A model generated the notes under the pieces. The model worked only from the letters and a program-made list of their open reading frames with translations. It did not search any database and was not told the origin of the DNA. A stretch of DNA of 38,205 bases from Octopus bimaculoides. Lineage: Eukaryota. A program made the translations under genes and the position numbers. Of the stretch, positions 10,939-23,793 are shown one piece after another; position 1 is the first letter of the stretch, and every line of letters starts with the position of its first letter. Where the stretch lies: positions 28,703,829 through 28,742,033 of the forward strand of contig NC_068983.1 of assembly GCF_001194135.2 (NCBI RefSeq). Direction: 5' to 3'.

Positions 10939-10978
10939 ATTAAGCTTCTTTCAGGAAGAGTTCCACCAGATACTGAGG
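10939..10978 (+). CDS. Candidate coding exon A of an unidentified host gene (40 nt, phase 0 to 1): IKLLSGRVPPDTE
   Basis: Acceptor ttcttgtgtttacag|, donor GAGG|gtaaat. Lies in non-repeat DNA and is phase-compatible with exon B. Confidence 0.55.
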
Positions 10979-11683
10979 GTAAATAAACTACTTATTTGTC
11001 AGCATAATTCTTTGCTGAGAAAATGATGATAAAATAATTTTATTTGTGGTAGTAAGAAGACAAATCTTCTACACGAAGAAAAATCTAAATTCATGAAAAT
11101 AATTTTTTAAACATTAGACTTATCCTAACTTCAGAAATAACAGTGAACCAAATTAAATGTTCATTACTGTTTGACCTTGGCTCTCTACATATTTAAATCC
11201 ATTCCTGATGAACGTCACCTTTACCATTCATTCTTCTGAGCTCCATCAATTAATTTCTAATCATACTAGAATCAATCTGCCATTGTGACAATGTGAGAAA
11301 TCATGATTAATATTAAATTCACATTTAAAATGTTTCCTCTGAGTTTTTTTCAAGCTTACATAGGAGAGTATTTACTAAAACTGATGTAGCTGAATTTCCT
11401 TCTTAATCTAGCACGTTAACTGTAAATACAGCGTAGAAGTATATATTTTCAACAAGATACATCAATTTGTTTTACCAACACAATCCTATCTGTTACTCAG
11501 ATAAAATTTGACTATGGATGGTTAAATAAATAAAACTGCTTTAAGAATCATCTACTACAATATTTGGTGTTCTAGTTTCAAATAATTTTTCATGATAGTC
11601 ATATTTTCAACATGCTATAAGCATCTCTAAGGAAATCAACTTTTTCATAGAAATGTTAGCAAAATTCTTTTACTGTCCAACAG

Positions 11684-11753
11684 TGTACCCCATGAGTTTG
11701 AATCCAGTCAACATTAAGATGAGATCTATTCTGAGATATAAGCATTTATCAAG
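11684..11753 (+). CDS. Candidate coding exon B (70 nt, phase 1 to 2): (V)YPMSLNPVNIKMRSILRYKHLS(R)
   Basis: Acceptor aaattcttttactgtccaacag|, donor CAAG|gtttgt. Open in the frame that joins A to C without a stop. Confidence 0.55.
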
Positions 11754-12744
11754 GTTTGTAACTTAAAAAAAAAAATCACCAGTGAAAAAGAACTGAAAAA
11801 AAAACACTTATTGAAAAAGGAAGTTGTTCTTGTCCAAGAAAAAAATTTCAATTAATTGAGAATACTTTGTATACTTCATTCAGTACACCAACTTGTATTT
11901 ATTAATGTAAAGTTGACAGAAAACTGTCTAATGGAAGCAATATACAGTAAACCAAACAGGCTAAAACAGCTATGATGATAATGATGATAACAATGACAAG
12001 GATCATGACAAAGATGATGACAATGATGAAGATAAGCATATCATGTCGTTTATCTGAACTAGTTGAAGCTATTTTTTTTATTTCTTATTTTTCTTATTGG
12101 CTACTGTCTGTCCACCAATTTCTGAAGTATAAAAAGTCATCACAAAATTTATCGCTTCTTTTCAAAAAAATTATCCATTAGATATTAGACATGATTTTAC
12201 TACCATAAGATGATTCCTTATTTGAAAATTTATTGCTAAACCAAATTTATAGTGGTAAATCTCACCATCACCGTCATGATGTTTCAGTGTATGCATTTCA
12301 ATGACTATTTTTTTCAATATCATATATTTTCCCATCTTGATCCTATGTCATGTCATCTATGAAACCTCACCTTCACAAATCTAATTTAATATCTGTTGCA
12401 ACCATAGTTGCTTTCTACTAATAACTAACAAATCTACCAAAAAAAAAAAAACTCTACAAACTTCTTCGCAAGCACAACTGCCTTCTTCATTCAGCTCAAT
12501 ACATTTCTTTTTTTGTACCTTGGATTTATCAACTATTCATACTGCTTGTCCACAACAGGGAAATTATTTTGAGTGGCACATTTAATCCTGGTTTAACACT
12601 GCCACCTGTCCTTAGATGCCTTCAACATAATCCACTCAGTAGCAAATTGTTGGAACTGATGTTTCATCTGAGGATAACTTCATCATTTCTTCCTACAAAT
12701 CTCAGAGGCTCTAGAACAGAAAACTTTTCTCCTTTAAGTCATTA

Positions 12745-12985
12745 AAAAATCAACCCAAAGCTATTACTCTCACCCACACCAGACAGTCCCCTTAATACCC
12801 AGTAATTTCTCAATTCAGTTATGCTCATCAACCCAAAACTATTTCTTTCATCTACACCAGACAATTCCCTTAATACCCAGTAATTTCTCAACTCAGTTTT
12901 GCTCATCAATCCAAAACTATTTCTTTCATCTACACCAGACAGTCCCCTTAATACCCAGTAATTTCTCAACTCAATTATGCTCATC
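12745..12985. repeat. 78-bp minisatellite, 3 copies
   Basis: AGACA(G/A)T(C/T)CCCTTAATACCCAGTAATTTCTCAA recurs at 12781, 12859 and 12937 (period exactly 78). Confidence 0.95.
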
Positions 12986-13280
12986 TTTTATTGTAAATTT
13001 ACAATTCTTTTTCAACAAATCACACATAACACCTTTCTCTCCACCTACTTTAATTCATCTTGCATTTGTTATCATTCAAGCAATTCCCAAAACTTCTATC
13101 CACATATTCATTACTTGGTCTACATTCAGTAAAAGGATGTAGTAGACCAACACAGAATGTATCCCAATTCATGCTTGGATATTTTTGGTCATACCACTGG
13201 CTTGTTAAAGCTGCCACACTAACCTGAGAGTGACCAGACACTCTGTCAGTTCTAATACAATCTTAATATTCCTTTTCCAA

Positions 13281-13497
13281 AAGGTGGTGAGTTAGCAAAA
13301 TCGTTAGCACACTGGGCAAAATGCTTAGAAGCATTTCGTCCATCTTTACGTTGTGCATACAAAATTCGTTAAGGCTAAATTTACCTTTCATCCCTTCAGG
13401 GTCAATAAATTAAGTACCAGTTGAACACTGGGGTCAATGTAATTGAATTATCTTCTCCCTCAGAACTGCTGGCCTTGTGCCAAAATTTGAAATCAAT
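13281..13497 (+). mobile_element. SINE of the 2175-2389 family with a variant 3' end (GCCAAAATTTGAAATC)
   Basis: Same head and central CTTTCATCCCTTCAGGGTCAATAAATTAAGTACCAG block. Confidence 0.75.
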
Positions 13498-13724
13498 ATT
13501 CATTTTGTCAGCTAAGAGGACAAGAACATGAAGTAACCTGTCTTGCCCAAGGACACTACGTGATTCTAAGATTGGGGAGCAAACCTCAAATATTGCAATC
13601 AAGAAATCAGGATAAGAAAGTAAAGACAGTTGAGAACAGCATAAATCCTGTCATGCTAATTTTGATTCTGCTTTTAGTAGACTCATACAGACATTAAATG
13701 ATGATGAAGATGATGTTTATATAT

Positions 13725-14010
13725 ACCACATGGCTCACAAACATAAGGTGGTGAGTTTGATTCCTGCATCAGGCTGTGTGTTGTGATCTCGGGCAAGACA
13801 CTTTATTTCACATTGTTCCAGTTCACTCACCTGGGACCAAGCTGTATTGGCCTTTGCTTTTCCCTTGGATAACATCAGGAGTGTGGAGAGGGAAGGCTGG
13901 TAGGAATGGGCAACAGCTGGTTTTCTATAAACACCATTGCCCAGACCTTTGCTTCAAAGAGCAACTTTCCAGGTGCAATCTCATGGTCATTCATGACTGA
14001 AGGGGGTCTT
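13725..14010 (+). mobile_element. CORE-like SINE with degenerate tRNA head
   Basis: GAGTTTGATTCC B-box-like motif followed by GTGTTGTGATCTCGGGCAAGACACTTTATTTCAC, shared with 327-610 and ~20150-20270. Confidence 0.55.
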
Positions 14011-14022
14011 TACCCTGCATAT

Positions 14023-14163
14023 ATCATCATCATCATCATCATCATTGTTTAATGTCTACTTTCCATACTGGCATGGGTTGGACGGTTTGACTGAGAACTG
14101 GTGAGTCAGATGGCTGCAACAGGCTCAATCTGATCTGACAAAGTTTCTACAGTTGGATGTCCA
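14023..14163 (-). mobile_element. SINE-like repeat with (GAT)n tail, 3' part
   Basis: (TCA)n followed by GTTTAATGTCTACTTTCCATACTGGCATGGGTTGGACGG; matches 31882-32192 and, inverted, 37720-38112. Further degenerate copies at ~4127-4370, 16433-16560, 28153-28272, 33081-33210 and 35587-35700. Confidence 0.75.
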
Positions 14164-14757
14164 TCCTATATATATAGGGGACCTCTGTTAGTCAAGATTG
14201 ACCACATATTTGCACTCATAAGCACAGGCCTGGGTAAGGGATTTCTTTTTTCCTTTTTTTTTTTTTTTGAGGAATACTTCCGGTTGCCCAGCAGCCATGC
14301 ATACAAGTCTTCCCACTTCATGCCACTAATGTGGTCCATAAGAAAGGCCACCATTTTCATGTCAAAATAGCTACCACAGCAGATTTGTCACAGGCATTAC
14401 TGTCAGAAAGCAAAGGACTACAAAGTATTGTGCCTGACACTCTAACAGTTTTGCTAGTCTCCTGCCATAGATTAACCTTTTTTTTTTTTTGGTCCTAAAA
14501 GTTGACCTCAGCAGGATTTGAATATATGAACACTGAGAGTCAAACAACAAACATCATGTAGAATTTTATCCAAAACTCTAACAAGACTCTACTGATTTGT
14601 TGCATACACACACACACATGTAGCCAGCTGTTTCCTCTTGAAGTACATCTGGTTATTCCATTATTACAACCAATATGTATCCATAGTTGCTGCTGTATGT
14701 TAGTGAAAATACATATTAAAATTGAGAATTATGAAAATATTATTTGCAGAGTTAATG

Positions 14758-14965
14758 TATAACAAAGCAGTAAAGTGGAAATTTTTTGGTATCATTTAGC
14801 CTCCATTACATGTGTTTCATTTACTAATTTTTCTCTCTGATGAAATTTCTAATAGGAAATTCCTCACATGTCTAACATGTAAATCTTAGTAATTCCTATT
14901 AGCAAATGAAACATTTGTAATGGAGAATAAATAATACCCAAAAATTTCCACTTTCCTATTCTGTC

Positions 14966-14968
<3 letters not shown>
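14758..14968. mobile_element. Fold-back MITE with long imperfect TIRs, bounded by TA
   Basis: 14772-14828 and 14898-14954 are inverted repeats matching at 50/57 positions; weaker pairing extends to TA at 14758-14759 and 14967-14968. A second copy lies at ~34825-35035. Confidence 0.8.
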
Positions 14969-15037
<69 letters not shown>

Positions 15038-15778
15038 TATACATACACACATATATGATATATATATGATACAAGATATATATATATATATATATTGGAT
15101 TAACAGGTCTGTCAAGTGATCACACAGAGACTCCTTTGTTAGTCCAGGCTATCTGAAGTACATAGTACTGACAGAAAATTAATTCACATGAGAGAGCTTT
15201 ACAATCCTATGACATTTACATAGCCTTTACAAACATGAAAGTCTACTTCAATGATTTTGCCAGTATGAAAGGTCTCCAAAGGTTATGGGCCCTGTACTCA
15301 TTTCTTTGACTACTTCATTAAAAATAAAACAGAAGTTATTTCAATGTGCCTATATTCTCAACAGGCTTCTCCCACATCCTACCATGAGAAGTTAACATTT
15401 CTGAAGAACGTTGGCAAGAAAATCAAGAGAGTGAGAGAAAGAGAATGAATGGGGGGGGGGGGTTACAAAGTAGGCTGTGTTAAAATTTATTTTATATGCA
15501 ACCAGTTTTTTTGCCAAAAGTTAATGGTTCCAAAAAAGTAAATGAATAAAATTACCATATGTATCAAGGTTTCCAAAGATGTATTAAAGTAGAGCAAGAT
15601 AGGCAGAAAAAAAGAAAAGTGAAAGAAGGGTAAGGATGTATAATACATAGGCATCCTTGTGTTTTATTATTTATAGATTTTTTATATTTAAGCAGAGAAT
15701 TTGCTTTCACCTGTTCATCTTTGCAGTCCAGAAATGTTGCATCCCCAAAACTCTTGCCCTAACATGGAATTCCATAAT

Positions 15779-16162
15779 GGTTGGCACTCCGTCAGTTACA
15801 ACAACGAGGGTTCCAGTTGATCCAATCAATGGAACAGCTTGCTCGTGGAATTAATGTGCAAGTGGCTGAGCACTCCACAGACACATGTACCCTTAACGTA
15901 GTTCTCAGGGAGATTCAGCGAGACACAGAATGTGACAAGGCTGGCTCTTTGAAATACAGGTACAACAGAAACAGGAAGTAAGAGTGAGAGAAAGTTGTGG
16001 TGAAAGAGTACAGCAGGGTTCGCTACCATCCCCTGCCAGAGCCTCGTGGAGCTTTAGGTGTTTTCGCTCAATAAACACTCACAACGCCCAGTCTGGGAAT
16101 CGAAACCGCGATCCTACGACCGCGCATCCGCTCCCCTAACCACTGGGCCATTGCGCCTCCAT
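15779..16162 (-). mobile_element. Near full-length tRNA-derived SINE with TSD
   Basis: Minus-strand head GGAGGCGCAATGGCCCAGTGGTTAGG (A box) and GGTTTCGATTCCC (B box); CpG-rich. Direct repeat AATTCCATAAT at 15768-15778 and 16163-16173. Confidence 0.85.
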
Positions 16163-18009
16163 AATTCCATAATAGAAATCAATGGTAAAAGTATTTTCAC
16201 ATTGACTTCCATATGATACAGAAGTTAATGGTGAAACAAGTTCCACAATACAGAACTCTATATTACAACAAGATATTCAGGAACACAACACTTCCATAAT
16301 ACAGCGATGCCTGTAGATACTAAATAACTACTTGGTTTACATTACAAATCAAGGGTCTTACAAAATGTATTAAAGCATAGTAACAAAGACATGAGAAGAA
16401 AGAGAGAAAAGAAAAAAGGAAAGAGATAAAGATCATCATCATCACCTCGTTTTTATGCTTGCTTTTTTCTATGATGGCATGAGTTGAACAAGTGTTAGTG
16501 AAACAGTATTCTACAGCTGGATGTCCTCAGTCACCATTTCTTACCTATTTTCAATTGGGTAGTTTAACTTATTCCACTGATCTTCATGCACAATGAAACC
16601 ACTAGTCTTAAGACATATTCTTTATGGGTCAATGTGAAGAGATACAGAAACACATGCACATGATCCAGTAATTACCCTTATATGGCAGTGAATTGGCAAA
16701 GTTGTGAGAGTGTAGAACCAAAATTCTTTGCAATAGTTGTTCTGGTTCTCTGCATTCAATGTTCAAAAACCAAAGAGCTCAACTTTGTCATTCATTCTTT
16801 GGCAGTCAATAATATATAGTATCAAACTACGATAGTGGATAAGCAGAATTGCATTGAATGAAGGTACCTTGCAGTATGTATTTGAGTACCTTGCTACTCA
16901 TTGTGTTCTGAGTTTTTGGGTGGTGATAGAATTAATCCATCACTCAGTTTAACACCACTATCTATTCCTCATGTGCCTTTAGCAGAGTTCTCACTGATGC
17001 AAGTGTCTGAACTCTGAACTAGGTCTCTAGTTGGAGGATAATTTTTTCATTCCTCCCGCTAGTCTTGGAGTCCCTGGAAGAATTACCAGTTGCTGCCCTA
17101 CCCACTCCCTGACTAAGCAGTAAAAAATAAAATAGCATAAAATAAAATAAACAATATGTGAGCATTCAAATAAATAAAAGAACAAATAAAATGCATAGAA
17201 ACTATTTTCAAAGAAAAATATATTGAAAATGAAAAATTTCTTAGTTTACAGTTAGTTTGAACAGAGTTGAAGGGAATACACTATTTTCTCTTCTTTCTCC
17301 TTTTCACCTAAACTAATAAGCAAAGCTTTTATTGTGAATGCAAGTTTCTGATACAGTTCCTATTTATTATTCATAAGTTGCTGCTTTTATTTTCATTCTA
17401 TCTTTTCAATATTATCTGAACTTTACATATTCATCTCATGCATGAAAAACTGAATTCTATGCATTTTCCAACGAATCAAATCAAGTCTTTTCTTAAGTTC
17501 TTTTACCAAATATTCCCCCCTTATTCCACTATCGTTGTTGTATTGAGCCAAGAACACATACCTATACCTGCTTTCAGTGTTACTTTTACATATTTTATTC
17601 TGACATTTTTTCAAAATTTTGCAGTGAATTTCTCTAAAATTTTATCTTAGTATATTTAAGTGTTTATTTTACACTTCAGAAAATATTGATTTTCTTTCAT
17701 TTTCCATTGACTAACATTGTTACTAACTTAAGTTTTTCTTCAATGTGATTTATTGCTTAAACTTTTATTATTTTCAAAGAAAAGCTAAAATATTTTTCAT
17801 TCATTAACCATTTTATAGAAAGTTGTTTTAGCATAAATATTTTCCTAAATTTATTGTTGATTTTTCCCCAAAGTTTAAACTTCTAAAACTATTTAATATA
17901 TCAATTGATTTTTTACACCCTGAAGACATACATTTTCTTGATTCTTAATTTGTTTCCCAATTTCCTTACATGCTTTCCTTAATTTACCTTTTATTATTAT
18001 GGGTTCTTA

Positions 18010-18242
18010 AAGACAGTGTATTGGTAGAATCGTTAGAGCATCAGACTAAGTGCCTTGCAGTATTTCATCCAGCTCATTATATTCAGAGTTCAAATCCTGC
18101 TGAAGTCAACTTTACTTTACATCTTTCTGGAGTCAATAAAATAAAGTACCTGTCAAATACTGGGTCAATAGTATTGACTAACCTCCACTATCTCCCCCAC
18201 CCCAAATATCAGGCCTTGTACCAACATAAATTTTTTTTATTT
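18010..18242 (+). mobile_element. SINE of the 2175-2389 family with a 10-bp TSD
   Basis: Family similarity plus flanking direct repeat TGGGTTCTTA at 18000-18009 and 18243-18252. Confidence 0.75.
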
Positions 18243-18433
18243 TGGGTTCTTAGATTTCTTTTACATAGCAAACAACAAATCTTTTCCTCGGTACAACACA
18301 TTAGTATGAAATATTTTCTATTATCAATACATTTCAGTATCATAAGACAAGTAATGAATTTGTAACCATTTAACAAGCAATTAATGCATTAATTAAACTC
18401 TGTGTTTTAGATCCCTCTGCCCTAGGTTTATCT

Positions 18434-18663
18434 TTAACTCTTCTGATACTAACCCAGCTGAAACTGCCTCTGGCTCTGTAGCAAAAATGTCTTGTTTTCA
18501 AAAGTTCTGAATTAGAATCTTTCACAAAACCTTAGTCATAATTTATGTTCCTAACACTAGCTTAATGATAACTAAGTTATTTTACTAAATTCTTTTTTAT
18601 ATTTAAAATTAATTGAAAGAAACACAGATCATCTCAACAGAAATATGGTAACAAAAAGGTTAA
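18434..18663. mobile_element. TTAA-flanked (piggyBac-type) MITE, 230 bp
   Basis: TTAA at 18434-18437 and 18660-18663; imperfect TIR CTCTTCTGATAC vs (revcomp) CCTTTTTGTTAC. Collinear with 36191-36421. Confidence 0.75.
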
Positions 18664-19929
18664 AAAAAGTCTACAACTACAATTATTCAAGCTTTTCTAT
18701 ACCTTGATAACAAGATTATTTAACTGATAAGACTGCTCTCGTACAGAATCCTGGCATTTCAATGTTAAGCCAGGTTTAAAGAGGCTACATAAAGGAAAAT
18801 AGGCTCATCCTAAAGTTGTAAGGTTTCAGTTAAACCTTGCGTAAATATAAAAGTTGTTACCTTGGTAACTCCAGTAAAGAATCTACTGAAGCAGATCTAT
18901 AGCATGGCAGCAGCCAATAAAACTCACAAAATCAATACATCAGAGATAGTTTAGATTTCGATGAATTATTCATTTACACTACTAATACATATTTTATTGA
19001 CCCTGGAAGTATAAAAGGCTAAGTCAACTTTAGTACCCAGAATTTAATTCTTACCAATGTTTGTTAACTATATAATCAGCGATCATAATTCTCAGAGTGA
19101 TATGTTCTATAGTAAATAAGAATAGTTGTGGTTGGAACAGTGATAATATTTTAATATAAACAGATGCATCAAATATCTTAAACCCACATGTCTGGGGTGT
19201 TGTTGAATACTAATAGATAACATAATTCTAAAGATTTTATAAGCTGTCTAAATGTATTGTTATCAGAATTCTTAAAGCTGAAGGTATGGGTATGTAGCTA
19301 CAGAATCAGCATCACAACCACGTGGTTTTGGTTTCCGTTCCACTGCACGAGCAAACATGCAAAAGTCTTCTACTATAGCCCCAGGTCAACCAATGCCTTT
19401 TGAGTGAATTTGGTTGACAGTAACTCTGCAGAAGCCTAATGTATGTATGAGTGTGTATCATCATCATCATCATGGACGTTAAACGATGATTAGTTAGTCT
19501 TACTTTTATAAAGTCTCTATTGATTTAAAATCATCTTTTAGGGTGTGGGTTTAAATGGGATTGTAATTTTAGGCTTTTATGGTTTGTTGTTATGGAAAGA
19601 TGTTTTAGAAAAATGTTAACTGATTAAATTTTGGGTTATATTATTGTTTAGAATTCATTAGTGTGTATAAAAGCTGTAAATAATGTTTGTGTGCATGCAC
19701 GTGTGTGTGCGTGTGTTTGTCTTAACATCATGTGGTGGTTCTAAACAAGCATGATATTCATTTCCAGCCTCCAGTAAAAATGTGTCTAACCATAAAAAAA
19801 TTTGCCTCAACAAATTCCATCTGTCTCATGTAAGAGTGAATAAATGGACATTGAAGGAAAAATTATGATAACATAAATGAATATGTATCAGTTTGTATAT
19901 GGGAGTGTGGTTGTATATGTATTTTTTTT

Positions 19930-20272
19930 TTCATTTTGGCATTCCATCGGTTATGACAGCAAGGGTTCCAGTTGAGCTGACCAGTGGAATAGCCTACTCA
20001 TGAAATTAATGTGAAAGTGGCTCAACACTCCAGAGACATGCATATCCTTAATGTAGTTCTCGCGTATCCTAATGTAGGTAGATTCAGCATGACACAGAAT
20101 GCGACAAGGCTGACTCTATGAAATATAGGTACTACTCATTTTTGCGAGCTGAGAGGACTGGAGCAAGGTGAAATAAAGCGTCTTGCTTAAGGACACAATG
20201 TACTGCTGAGAATCGAACTCGTGACCTTACAAATATGAGCCAGTTACCCTAACCACTAAGCCTTGTACCTTC
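19930..20272 (-). mobile_element. tRNA-derived SINE: CORE-like 5' body plus a 3' half shared with 15779-16162
   Basis: 19930-20130 aligns by eye to 15781-15960; 20150-20270 instead matches the head and CORE-like block of 327-610. Confidence 0.7.
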
Positions 20273-20303
20273 AACACATATCTGTGTTTTTATACGTATA
20301 AGA

Positions 20304-20429
<126 letters not shown>

Positions 20430-20961
20430 TTGCATTGTTTTAATTATATAGGGGTATATTTTGGCTAGTATTTACATATGCATCTAAATATGTGCATGTG
20501 TGAGTGGAAAGTATGCTTGGATCATTTCACTGTATTTCTTTGTCCTTACTACCTCTCTCACCATTCCTGAACATACACTAACATTACTCCTTTTCCCTGA
20601 CTTCTTCCTTCTCCTTTCTCTCTCTTTCTCTCTGCCCCTAATTTACACTTTGTTCAACCTTCAACCCAACTGGTTTTTCCTCTCCCACCCCTGAAGTGTT
20701 ACCCAAAACCTCTTTTCTCTTTCAGAGCATAAGATTCAATTCATTGCTTGAATTAATTATTTTACTGTTTTCTAACCCAAAAACATCATTAATTCCTTCA
20801 GATTCTGCTGTTTTACTCAACTAGTCATGGTAGAAGATAACTAGATGACTATGCATCACTGAGAAAATCTGGCAAGACTGAAACATGTCCAGAGTTATCA
20901 TTGTGCTTCACAAAAATCAAATTACATTTTTAATTATATAATTTGCAGCAGTATGTCTTCA

Positions 20962-20994
<33 letters not shown>

Positions 20995-23793
20995 TTTCTC
21001 CCCACCTCTCTCTCTCTTTCTCTTTCTGTTTGTCCTTCCACCACAAGGAGATAATTGTGATCATACTGGATTTATTTCCTTTGGCTATAATCAGGAAATG
21101 TTACATCTGTAATTAATTAACTAATTAATTAATAGTAAAAACAGTATTACTGTAATTGATAACATATATTTATTGCAAATATACATGAGAAATTGACTTT
21201 ATTTAATTTTAATTTAATTAGAAGTTTTATTATATGAAAATCAGTATTCCTTTCATTAGTATTCACTCACTGTGGAATTTGAAAAAAATATAGTTACAAT
21301 TATCATAACTATGTAACATTACTTTATATTACTTTTGGATATTTCAAAGAAGAATATTCTTTATATTTATTCTCTTGTTGAGTTGTCTACCTAGCCTTTG
21401 GTTATGTTAAGAATTGCTGAACAATACTTAACACAATCTCCTCAATTCTGGTGTAGGTTTGATTAATTGACATTATAGTGCTTGCAACATGAAGTGTATT
21501 AGCACTTACTTCACAAAAGTATTGCTTGATAATAGCTATATAACTATTTGTCTTATAAATGCTTAAGTGACAAGAATGAACACATCGAAAATGTTCCACT
21601 ATTCCTATATATATACATACCCTCTTGGCCCGTTGCAATAATATCTAAAACTCCTTCAAATCACACCACTTACCACTTATAAAAAGGAAGAATCCATTAA
21701 ATATACTATATAAGAGGAAGATGTGATGTCAGTCCTAGAACGCTTTTGATCATAGATTTGCTCAATCAGAGCTGGTTCAGAGCTGAACAACAACGACTAC
21801 AACAACAATATGCTGTCATAGAAAAAAGTATTAATGAGAAATGAGGGAAATTTTGAAACTGGCATCAATAAGTTCAGGCAAAAAATATTAAATACTTTTC
21901 TATGTGTTTTTAAATTTCGAAAGTTTGGGGTTATACCCTTCATTAAAAAAAAAAATGAGATACAAGAGAAAGAGAAATAAAAATTATCTAAAATTTACAA
22001 TCTCTATTTAGATTCCAGGTTTAGTATGAAAAGGAAGTTGAAGGGTGAGATAGTAGGACCAGAAATAGGACACAGTTTGTGTCATTGCAAGAGTAACTGG
22101 AAAAGACAGAAGAAAAGAGTGTGAGAGAGAATGAGAATATATGAGGAGTGAGAGAGAGAGAGAGAGCATGGAAAAGAGGGAAATGGGAAAAGAAGGAAAG
22201 AAAGAGAGATCAAGAGAGGGAGGAAACAAATAAGGGGAAAAGTGAAAGATAATGAAAGGAGAAGTTAAGGAGCTCAAAACAGTCTGTGTGTCTTGCTGTA
22301 TTAGAATAATCAAATAAGGAAAAGAATCAAACATTAAATTGCAATGTTATTTTCTCCCTGTGTATGGTTGTAGCGAAAAAAGTATTGATCCTTCTCAGAA
22401 CTTAACAGACAGGCCTAAAGGAGCATTTTTCCAAAGTACATGTGTCACAAATACATAACTTCTTGCAACTATAGATTTGTGTTTTTGTCATATTTCTTCA
22501 ATGTCTTAAGTTCTAACTTCTTGCATTACACCATTCCTAACAACATATTGTCACCTACTTGAAATATGAATAGCTTTGTATTCTTGAGATGTTTTTACTT
22601 TTTGGGTTTTTTTTTTAGTTTTTTTGTTTTTGTTTTTGGTGGGGCATGGAATTACAAGATTACAACACATTCATACAAGAAAGAAAATATGTTCTGTTTA
22701 TCACACTATGGACAAGATATATACCTTATCCATATATACGCAACCTAAAACACACAATAACATGATTTATAAATAGCCATGAAATTTGTTTTATCTATTA
22801 ACTTATGTACAACAGGTTATCAGGATAACTATGAACTCTGATCTGTTTATCATGCTAAGGACAGCAGAAAATCAACAAAGATTTGTCAGTAAACCAATAA
22901 AGAACCACAGTATCCTAATTGATTTACTCGTGTTATACATGCTGGACTGGGCTTAATCATTCTAGCAATTCACATTCACACCATACTGTGTGCTGTCCTA
23001 ACATAATTGTGATCAAGTCTATTTAACTGAAGGAATGAAGCTTTTGCTAGGGGTTTAATTTAATGTAATTTTCTGATTGGCAGCTTTGCAGTATCTCCCA
23101 CATTATAGGTACATTGAACTTTAATCATTGTTGTCATGGTATTGAATTAATTATATATGTGCTATTTTATATTGATGTGTGGGTTACAAAGATCTTTAAA
23201 ACATCACTTTCCACCAGTGAATAGCCACTTTCATTTTAGTCATGTGCAAACATGATTGAATCTCACAGATGTAATAGTACAGTGAACTGAAAAACTTTGA
23301 TTAGCTGAGATTGTCCATGACATTTTCCCATAAAAATTCCCTCTAGGTGTATTCAAAATCTCAAAACAAAAAGTGAAGGAGATAAATTCAATGTGTTCCT
23401 CCTGTGAGAACATTTGTAAAATAAAGACAAGGCACATAGGCATGTCATTAAAATCAACTGGTGAAAGGAACAAACATGTTTTTATCTTATTAGATCTCAT
23501 CAACAAAGTTTATTTTACTAAGTTGGTAAGGCATGGAAAATCAANNNNNNNNNNNNNNNNNNNNNNNNNNNNNNNNNNNNNNNNNNNNNNNNNNNNNNNN
23601 NNNNNNNNNNNNNNNNNNNNNNNNNNNNNNNNNNNNNNNNNNNNNNNNNNNNNNNNNNNNNNNNNNNNNNNNNNNNNNNNNNNNNNNNNNNNNNNNNNNN
23701 NNNNNNNNNNNNNNNNNNNNNNNNNNNAGCATATGCATGTATACATACATATATGTACATACCTACATCTACATGTTATATAGATGCATATCC

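Noticed and set aside
16095-16160. tRNA-like sequence with A and B boxes
   Set aside because: No 3' acceptor-stem partner; it continues into a SINE body with TSDs, so it is a SINE head and not a tRNA gene.
17012-17118. Minus-strand exon-like segment after a strong acceptor (QGVGRAATGNSSRDSKTSGRNEKIILQLET*)
   Set aside because: Isolated; no compatible minus-strand partner exons found and no recognised homology.
22008-22334. 108-aa hydrophobic minus-strand ORF, and similar ORFs at 20500-20694 and 32138-32494
   Set aside because: Products of GA/CT-rich low-complexity tracts.
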